Positions 15,266-27,950 of a DNA stretch of 64,000 bases are shown in pieces. The stretch is from Eledone cirrhosa (lineage: Eukaryota). The translations under genes and the position numbers were made by a program. Below the pieces are notes generated by a model. The model saw only the letters and a list, made by a program, of their open reading frames with translations, did no database searches and was not told the origin of the DNA. Location: NCBI GenBank assembly GCA_964016885.1, contig OZ024743.1, positions 111,476,001 to 111,540,000 of the forward strand, in the 5' to 3' direction. How positions within the stretch are numbered: the stretch's first letter is position 1; each line of letters opens with the position of its first letter.

Positions 15266-16674
15266 GTATGTGTGTATGTGTATGTATGTTTGTGTGTGTG
15301 TATGTGTGTGTGTGTGAGGGCGTGTGTATGTTTATGTATGTGTGAGTGTGTGTGTGTATGTATGTGTGTGTGTGTGTATGTGTGTGTGTCTGTGTACATA
15401 AATTGTATACAGAATAAATAAAGAAGACTTATCACATGACACATACAAATATTCTGATTCCCAGTGTCTCCCTTACTGCCATGAAATACACAATACTGTC
15501 TTAGGCAAAATATTCAACATCGAGTACAAGATAATCAGTTAAAGAAATACTAATAACCAGATGATATATTTAATTGGTTCTAGATTTTCCTAGCGTAGTT
15601 GAAATGGGGGTTTTAAGAGAAACTAGTATAAATCTCTGTACACGATTATTATATTGGAGTTTATAGATATAGTGTAGCAACTTTTTCTCCTAAATTTATG
15701 TTTGTTTTTGTGTTTTTACTGCAGATAACTTCATTCAGCAGGCATTCTGCCCTTAACAAGTATCCTTGCTTGTCACATCAAACGACAGTATCTTGAGGAC
15801 ACGAATACATTGCTTATTCGCGGCAATGCAATTTTAATTAATTTATGTTTCACTAATCCTTCTCGCTAATTCTTTGCCTCTTCCTTTCACAATCCATGCA
15901 TCTATTTCCCCAAATCTCTATTTCTCTCCCCCACTGCCGATACTTCTCAATATCTATGCTTATCTCTAACGCTTACTCTCTACCAATACCTCTCGTCTTC
16001 TGTGTTTATTCCTGTCAAACTTCTCCCACTCTCTCTGTCATTCTCTCATTTTTACCTACACCTATACCTCTCTCATTCTCTATATCTAACATTTTCTCTT
16101 TTACTGGCGATACGATTCACCACGCACGTATATTTCTTTCACTTACTGGAGACACATCTCACCATGTATCTTATTCATCCCTCTACTCTTCCTCTCTCGC
16201 TCTCTTTAAGCATCTCTTTTTAATTACTCGCATTTCATAATCTCTAATACTCCGCTCACTATGGTTAAACAACATTTACAGTTCTACATTATAGTTTATC
16301 TTTTTCGTACATTTTCTATCTTTATTGCTTGTCTCATCTATAGTTTCACTACTTCCGTTTCCGAAAAGTCGATTCATTTTCTGCTACTCCACTTCAGCAG
16401 ATTCGCTCTCTCCATCATTTACTGTCAATATTATATATACACTATGCAACTCGCTCTCTATACTATGCAATAGCACATGTTTGTTATTTCTTTCTACATG
16501 AACTCTAGTGTTCTCTTCTCACAATGATCGTTTACTACGGCATTTCATTCTCCATTATTCATTGTATCCTCATTTCTCCTTTATCGAATCTCATGTCCTT
16601 TTCTTTTGAATATGTTAGTTTTCTCATCGTTTATTTTTCAAAAATCCTTATTCTAGCTTTTCATGTTCATGTTT

Positions 16675-16763
16675 GCGTTTCTCTTCTCTATTGTTTTAGA
16701 CATTTTCATGGTACATGCCTGCGTTCTCTTCTCTATTATTTTAGACATTTTCATGGTACATGT
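16675..16763. repeat. ~45-bp tandem duplication
   Basis: TCTCTTCTCTATTRTTTTAGACATTTTCATGGTACATG occurs twice. Confidence 0.85.
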
Positions 16764-16796
16764 CTATAACATTTTCCCGGCCATTTACCAACACAC

Positions 16797-16951
<155 letters not shown>

Positions 16952-17569
16952 AGATATGTGCACCTCTCTATTTATCACTTGCTTCTGTCTCGCTTCTCCT
17001 CTTCCCTCTCGATCTCTTTCTATATTACTATCTGCATTTCTCACTTGTATCTACCTCTCAATATATATTTATTTCTTACTCGTTTCTACGTCTTTCCTTC
17101 CCTCACTGTGTCCTCTCTATATCTTTCTATATTACTCTCTGAATTACACACTTTCACTTTCTCACTTTCTTCCTCAAACATATATGCCTTTCGTTATACT
17201 AACGGGAGAAAAAGTTCTCAATGGCTACAGCAGAATTTATATAGTCATTCAAAGCAGATTATTGCCTCCCTTTTTACTCAAGGATTCTCACTTAAGTGCG
17301 TTTGTTAAGTCGACATATATTTGGTCAGGTTTATTTCTTTCAGTATCTTACTTCATATAACCTATTTCTTTAGCGTGCTCTTTCCTCAAAATTCTTTATG
17401 TTTCAAACGCCTTGACGTTCCTGCCTCTTTTACATGTCTAATGCTTTTAATATCCTGGCCACATATCTCTCACACATCTCTCTCTCTTTCTCTATCTCTA
17501 TCTCTCTCTATCGCTCTCTCTCTATCTCTCACTCCATCTTATTGTCTCCCTAAGTATAAACGTATACAT

Positions 17570-17791
<222 letters not shown>

Positions 17792-17839
17792 CATATATAC
17801 ATATATATATATATCACTTTCTATCTCTCTTTCTCTCTC

Positions 17840-17889
<50 letters not shown>

Positions 17890-18216
17890 AGAGAGATAGA
17901 GAGAGAGTGTGCCTGTGTCTATGTGTGTGTGTATCTATCTATCTATATGTCTCCCAAATTTTCCTTTGATTTCTCTTCGCCATGTAACTCGTTCCATCTT
18001 TCTGACACTGTCTTTCAATATGCCTATGGGTGATATTATTATTTCCTCCAGTTTAAATATTTATTTTCGCATCTGTTTCTCAAATATTACGATTTTCTCT
18101 CCATCTACACATTTTCTACAACCTCTCTATTTAAACCATCGTTTTTAGTTTTCTTGCGTACACACAAACACTCATGCACAGGCTTACACACACGTATATG
18201 TATATAATACACACGC

Positions 18217-18290
<74 letters not shown>

Positions 18291-18310
18291 ATATATACGT
18301 GTATATATAT

Positions 18311-18435
<125 letters not shown>

Positions 18436-18498
18436 TATATACATATAAATGTATACATATGTATATTTTTATATGTATAAATATGCACACATATATAT

Positions 18499-18566
<68 letters not shown>

Positions 18567-19192
18567 GGGACGGGGTTGTACATTAAAAATCAAAGTAAAA
18601 TTCCTAACCCGAAGACATCAACTTCTCAAATCGGAACATTTGACAAGTCTGTATATTTCCCAACCCACATTCTCCAACCTTCACTAAACTTTTACAATAA
18701 CAAGACAGGAGAAGACTGGTCGGATCAGACCTAACATATTTCAATCCCTTGATTTCCTTAGAGAAATAATCTCACATACATTGTCTTCAATGCTTATTTT
18801 TAGGTTGGAATTGGAATTCTTCAGATTTGATCCTCAAAACATCCCAACCCCCTTCATGCATAAATCCATACATCAACATAATCTAACATCATATCACACT
18901 ATGTTTTTGTTCTTCTTGTTCTATCTTTTCCAGATTTCTTCTATTTTATATTTATATATTATATTCTCTTTCATATTTCATATTTTCTTCAATTTTACCT
19001 TCACTATTCAATCATCTTTCTTTTTTTAGGTAGCCTTTCATATTACATGCTCGAAGATTTCTTCCTAATATAAGCATTCTTTCATTTATTTCACAGAAAT
19101 AAAACAGTCGAAGACACAGACATATACATATACAGACAGTCAACTATGCATCAACGTATACTCTTATATACACATATGGATACATGGTTTAT

Positions 19193-19313
<121 letters not shown>

Positions 19314-19614
19314 TTGTGAATGTTTATGCTGTCGTGCGAGCATACACACGTATAAAAGGCTGTATGTATGTGACTCAAAGTATCTGTCTAAGTCTGCGTA
19401 CCTTATATCATATGCACATACATATTTTATACGTTATATGTCTTGTTTGTGCTTCTAAATTGGTAAACGTTTAGCATGCACCATTTGCGGATTTAGATGC
19501 TAAGACAAGTATATATGTACATACAAACATACATAATACATACTTATATATACATATGTACATATATATATATATATATCGTTTCGGTACGCCCGGCCGA
19601 CTAACTCATTCGAT

Positions 19615-19667
19615 ATGCAAATTAGGGTGCTCAGCCGTTAATATGCATAAGGAAAGTATATACTTTC
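19615..19667 (+). promoter_or_regulatory. putative snRNA-type promoter (octamer, PSE-like, TATA)
   Basis: Perfect octamer; TATATA at 19657-19662; similar order and spacing in four other copies. Confidence 0.45.
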
Positions 19668-19697
19668 AATCGTTCCATCGACTGACAGGAAGGTATG

Positions 19698-19738
19698 CGG
19701 TGCTGATGACAGCTAATAAGCTAGAAACTAGTTTATCG
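19698..19738 (+). ncRNA. minimal type I hammerhead
   Basis: CGGTG-CTGATGA-C-AGCT/AATA/AGCT-A-GAAA-CTAG-TT-TATCG; palindromic stem/loop III. Confidence 0.8.
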
Positions 19739-19957
19739 TTCATTGTCAGTGTTGAACAAAAGGCCAACGATGGTTGCCGAACATGGTACGGCTAATAATT
19801 CGGGCTGCCTTTTTACAATCAAGCTAAACATTATAATAAATGTTCCGTAAACCCATACGTACATACGTACATATATATATATATGTGTGGATGTATGTAT
19901 GTATATACATACCTCTGTACGTCTGTATACATATATGTATGTACGTATACATACATA

Positions 19958-20070
<113 letters not shown>

Positions 20071-21394
20071 ATTTACATATACATAATGAAGAATTGTTTG
20101 ATAAACAACCGAAATTGGTGACCCCAATAGAGTATTTACCCAACATGTATATATTTTATCTAATAATTCTAAGGACATGATTTATGATATATATATATAT
20201 TATAATAACAGATTAAAGTTTAAGCGAAGAATCGCTGTTTTTACATATATGTATTTATGTATGTATGTGTGTAGTCATGTGTTTGTGTTTATGTGTGTAT
20301 CTGTGTATGCATATGTGCGAGGATGTATGTGTAGGTGTGTGTATATAATGTGTACATATATAGAAGACTTGAGAGTAAAAGATAGCTATTTACCACAATA
20401 CGATCGTACAAACAGAAAAAAATCATTTATTTAAAAGAGTAATCACGTGTGTACCACGTTGAATGGATTTCGTAGGAGAATTGCTGGGCATAACTATTTC
20501 TTTCATGGTATATTCTTTGATTTTCTAAGTACATTTGTGTTAATATTTACTAAAGATTTTGTTATCATAGAATGTTATGTCCATGTTTTCCCTTTTCTTT
20601 AACTCATGTATATATTCATTGTATTGATCACCATGGAGATTCTATCCATGGTTTCTCCTTTTACTTAGGAACTGTTTCTTATTCAAACCTGGATTTCTTC
20701 TTTGTCGCATTTATTCATGTTTAGAGATGTCCAAATGTAATTGAATGGACGAAGAGAATTCATAATTCAAAGCTACTACATTTATATGGGCAAAAGCAAA
20801 TATTTTCTTCTTAATAATTATTTATTATGTGTAAATTATATTATTTATAAGCCTTGTCAACTCGATTGCTTTTTGACTACACTCCATTTAATTTTCTATC
20901 TAAATCTTGTTTAAAATATCTGGAAAATTACATGTAATGGTAGAGAAATCTTAATTATACATCAAACAGTGCTAGATTTTAGTTCAATATCACGGACGGT
21001 ATAGCTTTATACACGCGTACTGTAAGAATTAGGATTCGTGTCGGCGCTGAGTTTATGTTCAGTTTCAGCTTTCTTCTTTCGGAGATTGTGTTTATATATT
21101 TGTTCCGTAGTTGACAGGATATAATTTATTTTACAAATGGAAAGGGCAATAGACTTTTTTCAAATTGTCAAAGTAATAATATATCTTATAAGCTGTACGC
21201 TTTCTAAAAATGCCGAAGTGAGAGAACGAATAAACTGCACCATAAATAGTATCGCTCGCATTTTCTGATTTAGTGACAGCCCTAGCTGATTCAAAAGAAG
21301 ATGGGACATCAATCTATTTATGTTCCTGGTCTTTCCCTGGTCAAAATAAGCATTATGATTCAACAAACAAAACCTCATGAACACCATCAGCTAC

Positions 21395-21918
21395 AAAAGT
21401 AACAACAACTAAACAAAACGACAACTAAACACTACCATCCGCGATGGCATTCATGCCACTAACACCAACCACCACCACCACAACCACCACTACCACAGGA
21501 GCATTTGAAAAAAGAACAATTTCGTAAAACACATTCTTCAATCCCACCGTCACCAGGACAGGGACCAACACCAGTATTGCCATTGCCATTGTATTGTGAT
21601 ATCCGAAATACTACACTTCTCCCACTCTCTCTGTCATTCTCTCATTTTTACCTACACAATCTTACCTCTCTCATTCTCACTATATATGTTCCCCTATATC
21701 AAAAGTAACAACAACTAAAAAAAACAACAACTAAAGACTACCATCCGCGATGGCATTCATGCCACTAATACCAACCACAACCACCACCACAACCACAACT
21801 AGCACAGGAGCATTTGAAAAAAGAACGGTTTCGTAAAACACATTCTTCAATCCAGCACCAGCACCGGGACCAACACCAGTATCACCATTGCCATTGTATT
21901 GAGATATCCGAAATACTA
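21395..21918. repeat. ~306-bp-period tandem duplication of a (CAA/CAC)-rich unit
   Basis: CTACCATCCGCGATGGCATTCATGCCACTAA...GATATCCGAAATACTAC occurs at ~21432 and ~21738. Confidence 0.9.
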
Positions 21919-21947
21919 CTAACAATAATGCTGATAATAGTAAAAAT

Positions 21948-22116
21948 AATTGTTTCTATATTTGGCACAATTACCGCAGTGCTTTATTTGTTCTACCCTG
22001 TAAGGATGAAAGGCAAATTTAATCTCGGTGGGATTTGAAGTCAGCATGCAAAGGGCCAGGACTCTATGCTGCAAAGCATGATGCCAGACCCTCTACCTAT
22101 GCTGCCAATCCACCAC
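21948..22116 (-). mobile_element. tRNA-derived SINE
   Basis: AAGGATGAAAGGCAAA, GGATTTGAA, TGCCAATCCACC match reverse complement of the family. Confidence 0.8.
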
Positions 22117-22229
22117 ACCTAATAGTAATAATAACTACTTATACACAGCACGGGAAACATATAAAGAGTAATAACGATAACGGTGATGATGGTAAGAAAG
22201 ATATTAATAATTATTATCGCGAAGACAGA

Positions 22230-24700
22230 CTGTAGTCTGGTAGGCCAAGTTATGTAGATATGTTAGCTCAATAAAAATACTCACGACGAGGAAACCCTTA
22301 CAAACCACTTGCATGGAATTATGAGGCAAAACATGCAATAATTAACGGCGTGAATGAAGCGGGATCCAATTCATGTAACTGAAATATTTAGAACCCTTCT
22401 TAATGTGAGAGGTGATCTGGCTCCGAACAGTCATTACCAAGTCTCAGCTCAATAAAAGAATATATGCGATGCTAGACACAAGCAAGCGAAAAAAAATAGT
22501 ACGTTACACTCGTGAAAGAGTAAAACTGAAGGAAGACGTAGAGTAGGGTGATGTACTTTGAACTGTCTTTGAACTTTTGGATGGAAAAGAACATGTTTTA
22601 AATGTCAGAAAGTAAGCTAATGAATCAAGTGAGGATGATTAGGAGGAAGGGTTGTTTTACTGAGATAGAAATATCTCAGATTAGTGAACGTTTAAGGAAA
22701 CGCCCAGGTTAGCTCAAAAGGGACGTTAGAGTATGAGCTGAACCGGTTTCTACTGCTGAAGTCACAGAGAAAAATTGACAACAAGCACAGGGAAAGTACA
22801 AGAAAATGGTTAGGACTGCGAAAGAAGAAGTCTATATTTTGAACTCTATTACTGTTGACTATGGTTATACAGGTGGAGGGATCCAGTTGGATGAGGAATC
22901 TATTACATTCCAAAGATGGATTACTGATTTGATGAATGCCTCTTAATAAAAACCCCGATAAATATGAGAAGGCTAGATAGGAGTTTGAGGAATGCAATTA
23001 CATAAAATATAACGTTTGGCATTTGACATAACTAGAGATAAGACATATGCTAACAAGTAACTTCATCCGAGCTATTGCACTAAATTTTCAGATAAAATTA
23101 CAACTAAAGAATAGAAAACAGATGAAGGCAAAAGAACCATGGTGGAAATGTTTCATTAGAAATGTTTTAATGTGGTTAACGAAATTCATAAGTAAAATTG
23201 AGCATTGATTTAGAGGAAAATGGAAACACGGAAAAGAAACCGATTGAGAAATTAGAAACAAGAAGGATAAAATAGGAAAGAATGGTTTTTATATATTAAT
23301 TGTTTACATAAAACTGAAGTGTTATGCCGAAAAGCCAGAATATAAAAAAACATAACAACAAAAATTAGCGTTTCAGGAGAATAGATTGTTCCATAATAAT
23401 TCAAATCAATTCGTCCACACTTTCGAATAAGAGAAGGATGCTATTCCTAATACAAATCAAGGCAAGAAGTTCTGGAATTGGATATAGGGAAACACTTTGA
23501 TGTATAGAGGCGATGACAAGTGAATAGGAACCAAAAAGACAGTGTACCGAAGAGGAAATAGAGAAAGACATGATCATAACCACAAATGATGTGGAGGATC
23601 ACGTGACAAAGGTACTAAATGGAAAGCTCCCGATCCAGAGGGGATCGATGACATTTTATTGAAGAAGTGTAATGCAGTGCCGAAGGGTCTGGCAAGTCAA
23701 TTGAATGAATGTGTCTAGGATGTTGCGGTTCCCTCTTGGAAGGTAACGAGAGGAAAACCACTTATCATAAAATATAGAAACAAGTTTTTCGGGGAAATTA
23801 CTTACTGGGATATTTGCGGAGAAGGCGTATACTTTACTTTTATATGAAGGAACACTACCAAGGAAACAAAAAGGATATAGGAGAAAACCTCAAGCTACTA
23901 AGAATCACCTTATGATCGATAAGACTGATTAGAGGCATTGTAAAAATCATTACACAAACCTTTGTGCTGTCTGGATTGACTTTAAGAAAGCATATCATAC
24001 GGTGCATCATTCCTGGATTGCTGAATGCCTACAGTGTTTGATATTGCTGAACATATCACACTGTTTCTTCTGAATATTATTACTAGACAGACATACCAAG
24101 TTTTATTCGAGCTATGTATTGCTTTGAGAAATAGAATGTAAAATACCTATATTCCAAGGTTACTCAATATTACATTTACTGTTTGGCATTACATTTTTAC
24201 TATAACACTAAAAATTAGAAAATTTAAAATGGGTTACCAATGGTGAACATTGGTATGACATGAAATGCACTATGCAGCAGCAGATAGGGGTACGAATAAA
24301 GATGGAATGGTTGATAGGGGTACGAATAAAGATGGAATGGTTGATAAGAGGAGTTTAATCAAAGAGTTGAAGAGAATAGAAATGGAGATCTTCTGGAAAT
24401 GAGAATGCACGGGCATTTCGCGAGAAATATACATGATATCAAAGATAAAATAACATCAAAGACAAGATTTAAGCAAGGTGATTTGAGGCGTACGACTGAA
24501 AACCTTATTATTGCAGCAAACGACTAAACTCTTAATACCATTTCAGTGAAGTATTACATCTACAAATATTCTGACACTTAGAAATGCAGACACTATGAAA
24601 GAATGTGGAAAGTATAACCCACTAGTTAAGTGTACATGAGAGCCTTGTAACATGCTGCCAGCAGCATGGTATAGCACGTTCCACCGAACACTGGATTAGT
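22230..24700 (+). mobile_element. decayed R4/Dong-clade LINE (RLE type) with internal deletion
   Basis: Manual translation: KWKAPDPEGI, QKGYRR..TKNHLMIDK, NLCAVWIDFKKAYHTVHHSWI, IFQG, MHGHFAR, GDLRRTTENLIIAA.D, KCR knuckle; many stops; preceded by a TAA-rich tract. Confidence 0.8.
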
Positions 24701-24843
24701 TCCTTTTATTTCCCGCAGAAGAAGTGGCTTTGATCTCGATATATTAGGGCATATAAATATAGTTAAAATACATCTTGTTTCGTTTGATTTCTTTATTCGT
24801 CCATTACACAATGTCGTAGCTTTCAGATTTCACGTTGTATATA

Positions 24844-24901
<58 letters not shown>

Positions 24902-25047
24902 AATATCTGTGTGTGTGTGTGGTGTGTGTGTGTGTGTGTGTGAAAATTGCTTAAATTATTTCATACCATCGGCGTCCGTGGAATGTTTATCATGGAGATG
25001 AAAATATACCTGATTGGAACTGCATATGGCCTTCGGTGAATTCAATA

Positions 25048-25087
<40 letters not shown>

Positions 25088-25556
25088 TCCCCAATTGGGC
25101 TCACGTATACTTTCAAGGAAATGTCTTAGGTAGTATTTTCGAGTGGTGCATTACCCTAAAAAGCAACGCTATGTATGTATCAAATAATATAAACATCACT
25201 TAGCATGGCATGTTCTAAAAACAATACACTGGTAATGCGAATCGAAACAGAAGCCATTTATTTTGAAACAAATATTTGTTACCAATAATACTATATAAAT
25301 TTATTTCTTAAAATATCGAGCATTAGAATGTAGGTGAACGTCTAAAGCCGGATTATTTTTTCCACTGGTGCAAGGTTCCATTAAAGAAAAGTTGTATGCT
25401 TCCAATTTGCATCTATTCATAAAAAATAAAATAAATACAGTAAATGGAACTACAACCCCATTCTCTAAAGTCATACTCGATGTTGAAAACACCGATCACA
25501 CACACATACAAGCATACCATGTATATATATATATATATGTATACGTTATTCTACAG

Positions 25557-25724
25557 TAAGTAAGGTACTCAATACATAGCAGAGAATAAAAGTGTTAATA
25601 TAGATGATATTCTACAGGACTAGAACTGTTTCATTCTTTAGAAATCATCAGGAATTATCAGAGATTCCTGATGATTTCTAAAGAATGAAACAGTTCTAGT
25701 CCTGTAGAATATTATCTATATTAA
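25557..25724. mobile_element. fold-back element with a hammerhead on each strand
   Basis: 61-bp inverted arms 25595-25655 and 25664-25724 (1 mismatch), 8-nt spacer. Confidence 0.85.
25664..25710 (+). ncRNA. type I hammerhead (mirror copy on minus strand at 25609-25655)
   Basis: ATTC-CTGATGA-TTTC/TAAA/GAAT-GAAA-CAG-TTCTAGTC-CTG-TA-GAAT; GUA triplet. Confidence 0.8.
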
Positions 25725-25868
25725 AATTATATATATATATATATATATAATATATATTTATACATATATATTATAATATATACATATACATTCACATACA
25801 TTCGTATATGTATATATATATGAATGTATATATACACATATATTATAAGTATATACATACGTATATTC

Positions 25869-25933
<65 letters not shown>

Positions 25934-26244
25934 CATGTATGTATTATGTATGTTTGTATGTGCGTGTGTTTGGAAAGAAAATGATATACATTCTAATCTA
26001 ATTTCACTCATACATTTTATGGAAAAAAAAGCACGTTGGACAAACCTTTAGGTGTGTGCAATTCAGCGTTAGATATTATGTTACTGCATAAATATAGGTA
26101 TTAAATATTGCTATACTTATGACTACGTTCATAAATACAAACTTTTGTGTTGGTAGTACTGAATATTCTAGCTATATAAAAGCATTGACAGAAATACAAA
26201 GAACTGCCTGTATGAGTAGGAATAGATAAGTACATGTAAGCAAA

Positions 26245-26275
<31 letters not shown>

Positions 26276-26333
26276 GAGTTATGTGAGTGTGTGTGTGTTC
26301 ATATTTTTATAAGTTTCATTGTATCTGTATATG

Positions 26334-26427
<94 letters not shown>

Positions 26428-26443
26428 TACATATATATATATA

Positions 26444-26545
<102 letters not shown>

Positions 26546-26611
26546 TATGCATACTTACATTTATGTATTAACTGTGCAAATGACGAAAATAATTCTAATT
26601 TCATTTTTATA

Positions 26612-26880
26612 ATTCGGCAAGGCCAGCTGCATCTCGGTCGATATGCAAATGAGGCTACTCACCCGATGTACATTTAAGACAATACTATATAATTTCAATC
26701 GTCCAACACATTGGCTAAGAGGTATACAGTCCTGATGACGAGTAATGACCCGTGTTAAACAAACGGTGGTTGAAGCCAGTTTTGAAGAAACATGACGATC
26801 GATCTAGGGCATGGGACAATTCTAATCGGGTCGTTTGTTTACAAACGAATCGTACATTATTATTAATGTTCGATATAAAG
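26612..26880 (+). mobile_element. octamer-promoter hammerhead element, divergent copy 2 (GAAA box decayed)
   Basis: ATGCAAAT 26643-26650, CTCACCCGATGTACATTTAAG, TATATAA 26686, CTGATGA 26732; 3' GAATCG...TTATTATTAATGTTCG shared with the 59.8 and 60.3 kb copies. Confidence 0.65.
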
Positions 26881-26937
26881 CATATGTACATATGTATATG
26901 TATATACGTATGTGTATGTATATCTATCTATCTATCT

Positions 26938-27700
26938 AAATATACCCCTCCCCTCCAACGCGGAAGATGACCCTAGTTCGTCGTCAGACGAGGAGGAGCA
27001 CTTCCACACAATCAAAAGAAAAAAAAGAAAACACACCTCAGACACACAAATGAAAAAAAACCCTCCCCAAAACATAACACTGACACCAACACAAAAGAGC
27101 TCACAACAACAGCAAACAAAAAACACCACACAAAAACAAAAACATGCATACACATACATAAATACAAGAAACAAAAAACTGTTAAACATTGTGTACAACA
27201 ACAATCTAATAAAAACACAAGGGCCTAACTTCACCCAGGCAGGGGATTTCCCCCACCTCAAAATGATTAAGGCCCCACAGGACACCTATAAAACTTTAAA
27301 CAATTTCCAAAACACCCGTACCGCAAACACAACCCGAAAATATACCCCTCCCCTCCAACGCGGAAGATGACCCTAGTTCGTCGTCAGACGAGGAGGAGCA
27401 CTTCCACACAATCAAAAGAAAAAAAAGAAAACACACCTCAGACACACAAATGAAAAAAAACCCTCCCCAAAGCATAACACTGACACCAACACAAAAGAGC
27501 TCACAACAACAGCAAACAAAAAACACCACACAAAAACAAAAACATGCATACACATACATAAATACAAGAAACAAAAAACTGTTAAACATTGTGTACAACA
27601 ACAATCTAATAAAAACACAAGGGCCTAACTTCACCCAGGCAGGGGATTTCCCCCACCTCAAAATGATTAAGGCCCCACAGGACACCTATAAAACTTTAAA
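26938..27700 (+). repeat. 400-bp-period direct duplication at the element 5' end
   Basis: 26938-27300 and 27338-27700 near-identical (one mismatch seen). Confidence 0.95.
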
Positions 27701-27926
27701 AAACAATTTTAAAGAGGACGTGGGTCCCCCCTGCGTCGGGCCCATTAACCGCGTCCTCCTAAAAAATTATCCCACCCCCTCCCCAAACACCCACACAACT
27801 CCAAACTCCCCAACCACACAACACACTGATGCCCCCACACTTCCACAAACCACCACCCCACCCAACAACCCATCCCCCACCCTAATGGAAATTGTGCAGC
27901 CCGATACCCGGGACGCAGAGAGGTAA
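27341..27926 (+). pseudogene. partial ORF1-like (gag-like) frame upstream of ORF2
   Basis: SSSDEEEHFHTIKRKKRK, RVLLKNYP, ends DAER* 24 nt before ORF2 ATG; no zinc knuckle; very G-poor. Confidence 0.5.
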
Positions 27927-27950
27927 GTGCCTCTTCTCTTCACCACCAAC

